Below, piece after piece: positions 50,336-63,034 of a stretch of DNA of 64,000 nucleotides. The position numbers and the translations under genes were made by a program. Positions within the stretch are counted from its first letter, which is position 1. Each line of letters opens with the position of its first letter. The DNA comes from Raillietiella orientalis (lineage: Eukaryota), in assembly GCA_036172245.1 (NCBI GenBank), contig JAYWIR010000015.1, forward strand, positions 496,001 through 560,000, written 5' to 3'. Under the pieces are notes generated by a model. The model made no database searches. It saw only the letters and a program-made list of their open reading frames with translations, and had not been told where the DNA came from.

Positions 50336-53300
50336 AGAGTGCGTGATGCATCCCAACGAGTTGTCCACCTCTCCCTCTGCCGCCGCCGGTGGACCGACGA
50401 TCCTTGCTCGACCCGTTCCGAACTCCCCCCTCCTTCCGCCTTCAGCGCGCGCGACCACGCTCGCGGCCGACCCCAAGAACCTGCTTCCTCCTTCGGCCGC
50501 GCCCCCTGCTGGCCATCTGCACAACTGCCGCACCAGAGGGGAATCCAGAGCCGCGTGCGCGTTCCTCCCCGCCAGCGCGCGCGTGCTCTCCTTCCCTCTC
50601 TCTCGCGGAGCCCTGCGGCGGTTTCGTCGCCAGCTGTTCCAAAAGCTTCGGACGGATGGAAAGGTTCTCCTGGGTTGCATTCTGATGACATTTCGAGCAC
50701 GCATGCCGAGAGGCCGCTCCGCTCTCTTCCCTCTCCCTCCCTCCCTCCTCCTCCTCCTCCCACCGACGCGAAGCGGGAGCCAAGAAGAGGACGTGCCCTC
50801 GAACCCGACGAGGAATCTCAGCGGCCTGCCGCGGAAGAAGGGGGCGCCATCGCCGCGTTCAGGGGGCTGACGGACGCGGCTGTTCCCGGAATTGTTCCCT
50901 CCCCCTTTTTCTCTCCTCCCGACACCCCGAGACTGCGGACGTTGGCACGAGAGAGAGGAACCTCTTCCGCGCTGCCGCTGCTTCTGCCGCCAAGAGCTGG
51001 TACGCTGCAGCCTACGCGCTGACAGGGACGAAGGGGGGGTCAACGAACGTGACCACTATCACGAAAGCGCGCGCCGGTGGTGATCGTATTTTATTTGAAG
51101 AGGAGAGACTTCCTGTGCGCGTCGGTGGAGGAGTTCGGGGGACGAACGCAGAGGAAGTCTTTCACTGACGAGTACGCCGCTTGCGCCACGGCTGGGGGCA
51201 CGACGCCATCTCGAGAATGCTGTCGAGCGCGATTCCTCCTCGTCCATCTCCTCCCCCAAACCTTTTCGCGTACGATGAAAAGATGATGTCTTCTTTCTCT
51301 CTTTCCCCATCTGCCTGAGACGGTGCAGAGACGTGTTCTGAGGAAACATGAGAACGGTCTTGTCGAATCGCATCGTTGTTGTTGCTGTTGCTGCTGCTGC
51401 TGCCGCCGCGCGTGAGGATGCGGCGTCGTGTTTTCCTTCGGCTACCTCGGAGCTCGTCGTCGGTGGTCGTGTCGTTGTCGTCCTGGCCACCCTTCCGCGG
51501 TGCCGGCAGGGATGGGAAAGGATGCGCGGACTTCCCATGAGGCGGGCGGACGAGAGGGAACACGACGCGCCGCGGAACGAAGGTGCACCCCGCGACTTTT
51601 CCCGCTCCTTCCCTCCCCCCCCATGCTGCCGCCGCCGTGTTAGCGCTTCTGCGTCGCCGTGGTCCAGCTGCAGCCCCACTCTCACCTCGCGGGTTTTGCC
51701 GGGTCTCCGCGAGACGCCAGAGGCGCCCGTGATCCTGTGACTTGGGCAAAGTCCAAGCTGGACAGAGAGAAGCTGCTGCTCGGCTTCCTTTCTCTCCGAA
51801 CACGCAGATGCTCTCGTTTTGCCCAGTCCCGGAAGCAGCACGCGTTCCTGAAACTTTAGACGGACCCTTCGTTTTCTATCAGCCTCGCAACGCTCTGCAG
51901 CATTCGTGCATTCCATTCTGTTGCCATTGAAGACACGAAAGCTGAAACGGGGAAGGGACAAAGGAACTCCGTGCGGCGAACCCGAAGATCACAATGACTG
52001 TTCACACCTCGGGCTTTCGTCTAGAGTCTTCCAGAAGAAGAAAAAAAAAAAAAAAGAAGGAAGATCAAGAAGGAAGGCAATTGTTTTTCAAAAACGAGAG
52101 AAAGAAAAAAAAGTTAAAAGAATGGACCATCGGCATTCAGTAGAAGAAGACTGATAGTCCGAAGGAAAACGGTAATCACGTTGAGATTTTGGGTTCAGGA
52201 GGTCCAAAGTGATGTGCATGAGGAACGCAGAGTAAACCTCGGCTTTTGAGGATGCTGAGTGTGTTCTCAGAGCCCAGGAGGATAATAGCATCTCTTCTCT
52301 TGGTGAAAAGCGATTAACCGGGAATGTCGCTGAAAGCGATTTCGGTTAATGATGGAGGGAACTGACATACTCTACGAGCACAAGCTGATGCAGAAACACC
52401 TCCTTCAAGAAAACGAGCTGTTAACCGCGGTCGAATTCAGCTGCTGAGGATCCACGGCAAGCGAAGGTGGGCGCTGTTAAATAAGTCACATTGGTGGTGG
52501 TCAAACAGGCACATTAAAAAAAAAAAAAAAAAACACTATTTCGCTTTAGTAGTGCTTAGTAAAGAAAGAAAAAAAGTGCACGATCGTTCCAACGAGCATC
52601 CAAAGCATCGAATCTGTTGGAAGATCATCCTACAACCGAGCCCTTAAAAAAGGCATCCCAGTCCCACCATCCAGGTCACGGACCGAGTCGGGCCACCTAT
52701 CTCACGTCCATCCGATCTTCCTCGAACATTCGTGCTTCCACCGTAAAGCAGCGTCGCTGCGGATCGATGAAGAATCGTCGATTCGGATCGTCGCTCGAAA
52801 TAGCGGGGACTTTTTCCCTCCACCCAGAGAAAGCAGCGCGTTCTTCACCCTTTTCAGGATGGCAGCTCGCTGAAGCTCCATCAACAGGTTATTTGCAAAA
52901 TCGAGTCGGAAATGGATAGGGCAATCATTTCAGACACCAGTCCCGAGAACAAAGTACAGGACCGAATTCTGTGGCCTGCATGAGCGATTAGCAAATCCAA
53001 CTAGGGTGCATTTAAATGCTGCGCCTGGAGATGATGGAATCCGTATCCGATGGAAAACTTGGGTGTGAGGTAAGGTTCTTAATTGTCCCAATCAGAATCG
53101 GAAAGAAATTTGCCTTTTGCCCGAGTAAAGAGTCAGAACCGTGACGGAGGAATTCTTCGTCACGGCTCTCTCCCCTAAAGGGACACTCGCCGAGCCCTTA
53201 CGGAACCGGGAGGATGCAAAAAAGAAAAAAAAAAAGAAAAAGGCAGCTCGCTGCTGCGGTTCTCCCGTAATCTTCCTGACGCTCGAACGAAGGATGCACC

Positions 53301-56300
53301 CGATTGATCTTTGAGAGGGAAATGAGAGTTCAGAGTTTCCCTGGAGGTGACGGAAAAACCTACCAAGTAGTTCTGAGACCGCAGAGAGCGTTCTGCGGAG
53401 AAGGGAGATTTCTAATATTCGAACCATCCTTCATGCAACTGATGCTCATCCTCAAGGCTCAAGGGACTCTGAATGGACGAGGGGCACACCGAGCCACTCT
53501 TTTCCTAATCTTCAGAGCTCCTGCCGTCACTTTATTTTTGTCGAAGGTAAACCAATAAAAATGAATTGCACCCGTGGTCTCCCCCCAACATCCCCAATCC
53601 AGAATTTTGACTTTGCCTTCGACCGTATGCCGCGAACGAGGGAATGAAACCGGAAGGAGACCAGATCTGAGAGTTTTTGAGCAGGAAAGAGCAAACCAGA
53701 TGGATGGAGATGGAGTATTTCTTTCCTAATAGCCGGAGGCGGTCAGTCAGTGAAAACCGCACAGCTCCCCGATTCTATGGAGACACACAAAGAGTCCATC
53801 CAAGAAGAAATCCAGAGTCAGTTCCCTGCTTATCGGACTTTGAGTCCGCACCTCCGTAAAGAGCTGCAAGCTTGGAACCGCCCTTGTTCTCTTCACGGTG
53901 CCGGGTTTAATCGAGATTATGATGCAGCCAGCTTCGCGCTGACAAGTTCGCTTCCGCTCCCGAAATTCCGCAGCGTCCACACATCACGACGTCCGCGTTC
54001 CATTTTTGATGCAGAGGACCTCGGATCATCAGATCTAATGGAATCATTCTGTCCGAGTCCACACACGGTCCACATACAGACGCAGGAGTTTCCGCTGAGC
54101 ATCGACCGTATTTGAGCTGAATAGCCTCGACCTCGTTAGCAGGCAACCCAGAACGTGACCTCGCCGGCTGAATACGTGCTACAGAAAAGAGGTGCCACCA
54201 ATCAGGCGGCAGTGAAATCACTGAGGAACTCTTGGTTCTCTCGAAATCATCTTGATGAAAACTGCATGGATTGAGCAAACCGCCGTTTTTGAAAATAAGA
54301 AATTTGGAGAGTGCAGCCAGCTGGTGAAAGGACTCCCATACCAGCTTTGGGCAACCTATTCTTGGACTTCGACTTTTTTTTCCTTCTTCGATGACGACAT
54401 AAGCCACGTTCTGCCCACTTGGAACCACTCGCTCGTCGAGCAAGCTAAACGAAGTGCAATGAACCGAAATGTATTTGGATAGTTCAGTTTCCAGCGGCTT
54501 GAGAGATTCCTTACGATCTGATCCCCCTCAGTGTCAACCAGATCTTTTTTATTGGAGGTCGAGACCTGTAGGTGGTTGTTTATGGGTGGCGAATTAAGGA
54601 GCTCGGAGACTCGGCTAGCGCGTGATGTTGTATCATGGTGACGAGGCCTACGACAGAATGATGCACAAGTTGAGACACAAGCTCCGGAAGATGGCTTAGG
54701 TTAGACAGGGTTTCGGAATGCTGGTTTTCTTGCTTTTCCTTTCTCAGCAGAGTCAGCAGAAGCATTCGATTCTTCGGAACAGGAACGCAGAGGTAACTCA
54801 ACCATGAAGGAGTTCGGAGAGCGGCATACGAGGAGTGATCACCCTCCAGCTGTCGTTTTGCATTAAAGTCATATTCCTGGGAGGAATCACGTTACAGAAG
54901 ATAGCAGAATTTTCCTAGAAAAGGTATCAATTCTCATTGGTCATCATAGATGACGTCCTCCTGAACCTCGAATGTTAAACAGCTGAAATCCTGGAGCATA
55001 ATTTTCCTTGGATGACTTGGCACTTTGAATGCTACTCGTTCGAACTGAGGTGGGATAGGACGCGTAATTGTCATTTAATCCCGAATACATTTCAATAAGT
55101 GCTGCTCATGATGCCTATCCCTCAACGTATTTATACATGGATGACTCGTTCAGGTTCGATGATTCAAATATATATATATATTTTTTCCCGACTCCATCGT
55201 GCTTCTTATTCCCAGCACCTGACAACCGTTTCAATCGCTCTCGTCTCTTGAAAAACTCCTTCCAACTTGTGTTGGAAGAAACGCTGCGACTCGCTGCCGG
55301 CGGACACTGAGGAAAAGCGTACAAGAAATTGCTGTACAGCTGATTGAATCCTCCACACGGATTCTGTTCTCCATGCTGCACTTTGCACGCCAGATGGAAG
55401 GTGCAAGATTCCGTTTCCAGCAAAACATGACGTTCGTGTTTTTCTGTCTGGACTCTTCCTCTCTTTGGCATCCTCCCTTCTTCTTCTGTGCAAGTTTCTG
55501 TCCCACTCGTACGATTACCAGAGTGGATTTGTTGTGAGATGCAATCCCGACGCTTTTATAGAGTTGCGCTTGAGGCTTCCTCTTTTCACTTGCCACCACC
55601 AGTTCACGCAGCTCGACTGATTGGTGCATTTTTCCTACGACGGAATTCTTCCAGTCTTTTCCCATTGAGTACTCTTCGACATCGGTTGCACAGGTAACCG
55701 ACACAGTGTACGCACTGATTCTTCGCAAAAAGGATGTCTTTTACATCGAAGAAGGTTCACAAATGCAAGGATGTCCTCAATAACAGGCAATCCGTACGAC
55801 AGGTATAATTCTAAGGACTCTGGTTCCCATTCTTCTGCCTTTATAGCTGGCAGTTGCTGCAGCTACTGGAGAGGCATCATCACTCTAGAGACTACGTGTC
55901 TCTTTTGAAGAAACCACGTGAAACACGCTCTAAAGAACTCCCGATGCGAATAGGAGATTGCTTTTTAACACATAAGGGAAAAAACATACACAAAAAACAC
56001 GGTTCGCTGCTACTAATTCTTACCTTTTAATAGTACATATATGGAGCAAAGTGCCGAAAAGACCTCCCACCCCTCGTAAGTTTTTGATGCATTATTTCCG
56101 AAGCAGTAAGGAAAGAAAAATGATCTCCTTGTATACCCTTCTAATAGGGTGTTTGAGATTTCTGCTTTAGCAACTTTTTGAAACATTCTTTCCGTTGAGT
56201 GTGAGATACGAAAAAGAAATGTTTCTTCGTGGGGTTGGACCCACGAAGGAAGAAGAATTAGCCCAATATCAATTGCACGAGTGGCTGATAAGCAAATGCA

Positions 56301-59300
56301 CAAGAAACATGCGGAAAATGAAATCTCCCAAAATTACATTATATTACAGCGAGGGATTCCAATTTCCTTCCTTTCTTTTTTTTTAAAAAAAAAAAAAGAA
56401 GAGAAGAGAAAGAAAAAACGATGTGAGACTTCAAAACGAAAATTTTTCCACATTTTTAAACTCACTGCACATGGAATGGAGACACATCGCAAAGAGCATC
56501 ATCTCTTTGCCCCATAAAGCAGAATGAACAGATCGTTCTCTGTGAAGAGTTTTGAAAACTCAGTCGGCCAGATTGCAAATACAGTCCCATTTTTTTTTTC
56601 TTTAAAGAAGGCGAAACGAAAGGGTGGTTCCTCGACTCTCTCTTCGTCAGCGGAAGTTTCATTTTTTCTGAAGCACCCGGGAAGCGGCGCGCTGCGGGTC
56701 CAGAAGAAATCGAAAGAAACGCAGAACGCTTGCAATCTCGGTAGCAGCAGCAGAAGAAACGCAGGCAAAACGCCGTCCACGGTGGTTCTTCCTGACGGAA
56801 CCCTGTTCTCGAGCAGAGAAAGGCAGCGTCTCCGTCGCTGGGCTACCGGGAAGCTGCGTGCCCAGCAGCAGCAGCAGCATCACACCACTCGTGTTGGCAG
56901 TCGGACTCGACGCCCGATTTGTTGTTTGATGGTTTGCGTTCCACTCTGAAATGGGCTGCTGCGTGACAAAAACTTGGCGCGATCAAGGAGACGTGGATCC
57001 ATCACATGATCCCAACCCGTGCGTGCATTACCCGGAGAACAGCATGTTGTGCTTTTCGGAAGCTGGCACCCAGATAGGAACGACAGAACCAATTGCAGAT
57101 TGCTGGATGAACTGCAAAGTTGAGTGACGGCAGCAGCAAAGAATCTCGACTTTCACTGCTTGCAAGTACGGCAGCCAAGGAAAAAAAAAAAATTACCTCC
57201 AAGTGACATCTCGATAGAAATATGTACACGAGTTTTGGGGCGAAAAAATGAAATGAAGCGAGTTCGGTGGATGTACTTAGTTGCAAAACCGCGATGAGAC
57301 AAAGACCGAAAACAGTGGTTTGCGAGCGTCCCCAGTGCTCGCAGATCCTTTTCTGCAACCTCAACTCAATTTGGCACTTTTCTGCTTCCATTTTTCACAT
57401 CGATTTATAATCTTTTTCCCCTTTTCGAAGCGATGATCTCTCAGGGTAATTTAAAGAGTATTTCTGCTGAGTTCATGCAGCTCCTGCGTCAAAAAATCAT
57501 GTAGTTTCTAGAGGAAGGAGGAAAATCCCCATTTTTCTTCAACACGGAAAAAGTTGAAACATCAGATCATGATCATTGAAAATCATGAGATCACGGTGCC
57601 TTCGAGAAAAACAAAACGTCGAGTGTGACGTTAGAAAGTGTGTAGAGCGATGGCTGAAGCATTCATCGCTGACCGATAAAGGGCACCCTTTGAGGTTCTC
57701 CACTGCTGGGCAAGGAACAAACATGCAATGGAATTCACGAACACGGCAAGGATCCTGAACAAAACGACAAAAACAAAAAATAGTCGCATCATCCAAGGAA
57801 AGAGGCAAATTATCGTCCTAATTGGTCTGAAGAGTGAAAGAGTTTCACTTGCCATGTGCTCTTGAGATCCGATGAACGCTGGCGTGATTAAAGCTCAGCT
57901 AATTTATTATAGAGCAGATTCTACTGATTCCTCCAGGTTCCAGAGAACTGACCCCGATGGAAGAAACGATGCATTTAGTGATTCTTGCGCAAATTCCGTT
58001 TTTTTGAGCTCGACCGGATGTCGATTTCAAGTCCAGACTGGTGTGTGCACTTGGTATCTTTTCAAAAATAAGCTCAATTTCCATTTTATGCCCGGTTCGT
58101 CAAAGCGAGCCCCCCCTCCCGCGTGTGTGCGTTCCACATGTGCTCATGCGAGGGTAGTGTCACGGGTGCCAGGAGACACCAAATTTCCCGAGGTCTCATT
58201 GATAGTTCCGTCCCATACTCTTTTACTATTCGATCTCCAAAGACGGACAGTGTGTTCTGGATGCTTTCCAGCATCAGTTTTCTTACTCATCGTTTCGAAA
58301 AGCGGGTGATTTGACATTCTGAAACAGCCATCCAGAAATCTTCCAACGCTAAATCGCTGGAACCTATTGGTCACTCTTTCGGTCTCCACAACCGGCATTG
58401 TTATATTCAATCTCTGGTAGTCCTCCAGGTAAGCAACACAACAACACAGAAAGACTACTGTATTGCCCACTACAAAGTGTTCCTCTAAGCTACTTGATCA
58501 GGGCTTTGAATCTAACATAATAACAAACTGACCGCTCGGATGGCTCCAGAGACTAGTTTGCCGTGACACCAAAAGCTGGTATAATAATATAGGCCGGCAC
58601 AGTTCACTTCGCTCACCGGCCGAAGACGATACTGATCTAAGAATACTTTACTCTTCCCGTGCACCATCCTAATATACTGGGGGGAAAAGAAAGAAAAAAA
58701 AGGGGGGAAAAAAAATACAAAAAAAAACGTCCCATTCCAATCGCTCACAATGATTGAGGCAGCAGTCTAAACCAACAGTTCGATCTAGAAAGTAGACCCC
58801 ATGATTCCTAAGGAGAAGGTACTGTTCAAAATGGTGCCGACATCAACTTCAGAAGCCCAAACGGAAACATACTACTTACTTTCCGTTGCTGAACTGGTTC
58901 GATTGAGCAAAGCTATCACTGGGGAAACAAATTATTTCGGCGAAATGATTTGTTTGTACGTTTTGTTCTTTGGATCCCAAACCAAAAAGACAATAACCCA
59001 AACAATTCGATGATCACTGAGGTGTGCCTTTTTTTCCAGCCACCATCCCCGATTCAAATGCACTTTTTTTCGTGAATTTCGGTGGAAACGGAATAATTGC
59101 AAAGGTCGCCTACAATTGTACATCATGACCGTACATAGTGGAAGCGTACATCGTTGCCGTAGCTCCCCAAAGGTTCACTTGCATCGTAGCTCCCGATACG
59201 CTCCGCTAACTTTTCTCAGGAAGTACAAGAAAACCGAACGCAGTTCCTCAAAGATGTCACCCTGACCTCGGCGAATTAGAAAATCAAAAGTGCATGTACA

Positions 59301-60441
59301 CTAGAAAACAAACAGAACACACGCGTCTGTGACAAAATGGTATGACGAATGGCTTTCACTCTATTACCGCAATAGCAATTTTTTTTTCTTTTTTGGCATT
59401 GGTTTTTTGCAGAGACTATAGCAATCATAAACATTGAAAATAATGACCTGGTATACCGAATAGGGAAGCCTTTCTTAATATGGACTATGCCTAAAATCCG
59501 GAAGAAAAAACCTGCAAGCCTTTGCAAACATTTCCGTTAAGTCTGATTTTTCCAATTATTTGAGATATTCCATCATCGAGAAAGAATGTCTATGAAAGGC
59601 CATAGAATAATGGGAACACAGAGGCAAGCTTCGACTACACTGGCAAAAAGGAAAAATGTAATCCAATGTAATACGCTCCAAACCGCACCGTGTGAAAACG
59701 GCAGAGGACATCGTCTACATAAGGGCCATCTACGCAGAGAACGAGGAAGTACCCCACCGGAATGTTAGCTTCACAGCCTCAGCATTGCGAAGCGTACTCC
59801 GGTGACCGGCTTGCATATCGAAGGCACACTTTTCAAGAGAAATCCTACATTTGGGGCAAAGTACATTGAGAAAACTGACTACTTAGGCATTTAATCGATT
59901 GTGCCATACAACTTGCAAGACTCATATCTTCAGCAAACTTATTTATCATGTCTATTGGTATTTGGAATGGGCTTTGGAAAGAAATGCTTAACTTTTCCAT
60001 GAAGCTTTTTACGATAATAATCAAATACATAATCAATAATTTGCACAACACGCTCCACCCATAATTTCAACCCAATGCATTCAGTCTTTGATGCATTCTT
60101 TAGAATACTTGCGCAGCTGAGTGTTATTCCACGAGAAACATGAGCACAGAAAAACGAATCACGGAAAAACCTCAGGACGATTTCTCAAAACAATCAGACA
60201 AAATAATTCAGTCCCGATACGTTACAATGCTTCCGGCAAGGCCGCTTGATGCACTTAAATATGCTTAATTCATTAAATAAATGCTCACAGTACAGATGTA
60301 ATTTCGCAAGGGGATCCAATGATCACTGTTACTACTAATTAAGAAGTATACACTCATACTAAGGAATTCGATGGCTAAAACATGACTTTCCATATGAACC
60401 CTATTTTGGGGGGAAATGACAGCTGTCAATACCAACTCTAT

Positions 60442-63034
60442 TTATTTGTTATCGGAAGCCATCCACTTTTCGATTTCTTCCACCGTTCTGGGTACATCTG
60501 TTAATAGTTCTACACCGTTCTCGGTGATAACAACATCATCTTCAATACGCACTCCACCCACTTTTCGAAAAATTTGTAGTTTGTCGGCAACGATGAACTT
60601 TTGGTGTAAAGGATCCTGAAGAGCGTCGTCCAAAAGCTGTCAAATTTGGTGATTATATGGCAAGGATCAGAAAATTTTGCATCTCACTTTGTCTATGAAA
60701 TAGCATCCTGGTTCTATGGTTAACACCATTCCCGGAACCAGGATTCGTGAAGTACGAAGGTTACGCAATCCACAGAGTTCGGGACGTTGGGGGAATCCCT
60801 CCAGATAACCTCCTACATCATGTACATCGCAACCCATTAAATGTCCAAGACCATGAGGTTGAAACACGCTTGCCAAGTTGACGGACATCATCTCTTTTAT
60901 ATCACCATGTAGAATTCCTGCCTCGTGGAGTTTACAGAGCAAAGTTTCATTTGCAAGCAAATGCATATCCACCCATGAAACCCCTAAAATAACACCTGCA
61001 ACATGAAAGAGAAATGGCATTTGTAACAAACCGGGCTTAAGGCTGTGCAAAACAGCTCTATTGGCACTCAGTACAGCTTCATAAACTATCTTCTGCTCTG
61101 GAGAAAAGCGACCATTAACAGGAAACGAACAAGTAATATCTGAGGCATAGCAATAATACTCGGCACCCATATCGAATACGCTGAAAATCATTTACAGTAT
61201 TCAATAACCAACTGAAAAAACCTTTTACCACATATCTGTATCCTGTATGGTGCGCCTATTTGGAGCGTTGGCGCCTCCATAGTGGAGTACAGCACAGTTT
61301 GTTCCAGAAGCACAAATGCAGCAGTAAGCAACATTTCGACAGCCTCCATATCGATAGCAGTGGTATTGAAACAATGCTTCTAGTTCATATTCTTTCATCC
61401 CAGGGCTAATTTCACGCATAACTGCTCGATGGGCATTCGAAGAGATGCGATTGACGTATCTTAAGACATCCAGTTCCAGATTGGTTTTCTGCACTCGACT
61501 AAGAATGGTAAGTTTACGACGACATTCCTTACAAACACATCTACAAATTCCTTACATTTACGAATCTAAGACGAACACAGAATTATAGAAGCAAATTCGG
61601 ATAAAAGTAAAATCATGGTTTGAGCGGGATGTCTGCAATGTCAATTTCAATAACCTTATAATTGTTACGAATGAAGGCTTATTACTTTACATTACACAGT
61701 ATGTGGTAAGACACACATAAGCGATATGGTTAGAAAACAAATGAATGAATGATGAGTCGCAATCAATTTTGAGAAATACGTGATTCCGAGACTTGCAGTT
61801 TTTTCAGTAAGCACTTGAACACAAACTTCATAACATATTCATGCCAATTAATCAATGAAATTGAAAACTTTGCTTGTAAACAGTTTCCATCCAAAATTCA
61901 ACCAAGGTAAATGCTGATAAACATTGTTCATATATGTTAACATTCTTATCCTGGCTATTTCATCACCATACCAGGTTAAAAAATGTCAAGTACATCAGCT
62001 TACTAATGCAATATTACTATTCTCAATGGAAAAGATGAAGGGAGCTGCTACCCTTTGAGTAAATTGCACATAAGATCATGAAAGTCATTAATTTTTAAAG
62101 ACCCTCGTGAGACTCTGCATTAAGACAGTCAAGTTACTTTGTCATAAAGTTTTGTACAATAAACAGCTTTAGAGACATTTAACAGAATAATTTTACTCAC
62201 TTCAAGTGCTATGAATTACATGAATGGTGAGATTACACCAGTGAATTACATTTAATACTTTTAACAGTTGATAACATGAAAAACAACTGACACTGAACTT
62301 TAATTCCAATAGGTATCCTTGCATGTTTTCAAATCAACCTGTACTTTCATGTCATTACTTAACTAGTATATAAGTCAAGACAACTGTTTTAAAAACTTCC
62401 CAGAAAAAAGACTGGTAAAATACAGGAAATCCATCTCATTACCCATTTCTGTGTGTAGTAAGTCAAGCATGTCAAACATCAATATTAGCATTCTAGCCTT
62501 TTAAACCAATAAAGTTTTCATTATTTCTTGGAAAACGCCAAAATCTAACAGCCAATTCAAACAAAACACTCGACAATTTTTTTTAATGCATTGCAAAAAT
62601 AAACAAATGATCAGATCGTTCAATTTGTTTGCATACTCCATTACTGTTTGTAAATTCAAGAATGCTATAGGCAAACTTTTATTCAGCAATATCATTTTCT
62701 TACCATTCTGCTATGGCATTATATAGCACAGAATCCAGGACATTGAACCTGAAAACATCAGAGATCATGAAGCAAGTACAATATAATAAATTAGCTTACA
62801 ATTTAATAGTAAATAATAAAACAATGTTAGATACTTTTGAGGACATGAAAATTTTGAAAAATATACAACACCAATACTTACTTTGTAATTCCATCAAATG
62901 ATGCTCCTTGGCATTCCACACCACTGTCTGTATTTTGCCCTTTCTAGCAATTCAAGAAAATAAGAATGGAGAAACAATTTACTGACCATAATGAGAAGAG
63001 ATGCTGGCTCCAGGGAGCTGAGAACTTCAACTAT
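60442..63034 (-). CDS. PEPD: Xaa-Pro dipeptidase (prolidase, peptidase M24B), 5'-partial
   Basis: Exons 62987-63034, 62882-62943, 62704-62748, 61229-61498, 61032-61180, 60688-60983, 60442-60636. Motifs [70 protein letters not shown]. Upstream exons were not found in the window. Confidence 0.95.

Larger units (their letters stand above)
33000..52000. other. GC/CpG-rich low-complexity non-coding domain (approximate bounds)
   Basis: Hand counts: 40561-40620 has 45/60 G+C with 12 CpG; 11521-11580 has 9/60 G+C; 6601-6780 has 0 CpG. Dense homopurine/homopyrimidine tracts, G/C runs and triplet repeats. ORFs translate to poly-R/G/P/S/E sequence with no recognisable domain. Confidence 0.85.

Noticed and set aside
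33000..52000. Bacterial HGT or contaminant insertion
   Set aside because: No gene-dense prokaryotic coding pattern, abundant microsatellites and homopolymers, and gradual compositional transitions on both sides.
33000..52800. GC block as an rDNA spacer, including the 5.8S-like TCGATGAAGAA at ~52764
   Set aside because: Only an 11-nt match; no 18S, 5.8S or 28S conserved cores seen.
52000..60400. Short ORFs in the moderate-GC shoulder
   Set aside because: No recognisable protein similarity or consistent exon structure.
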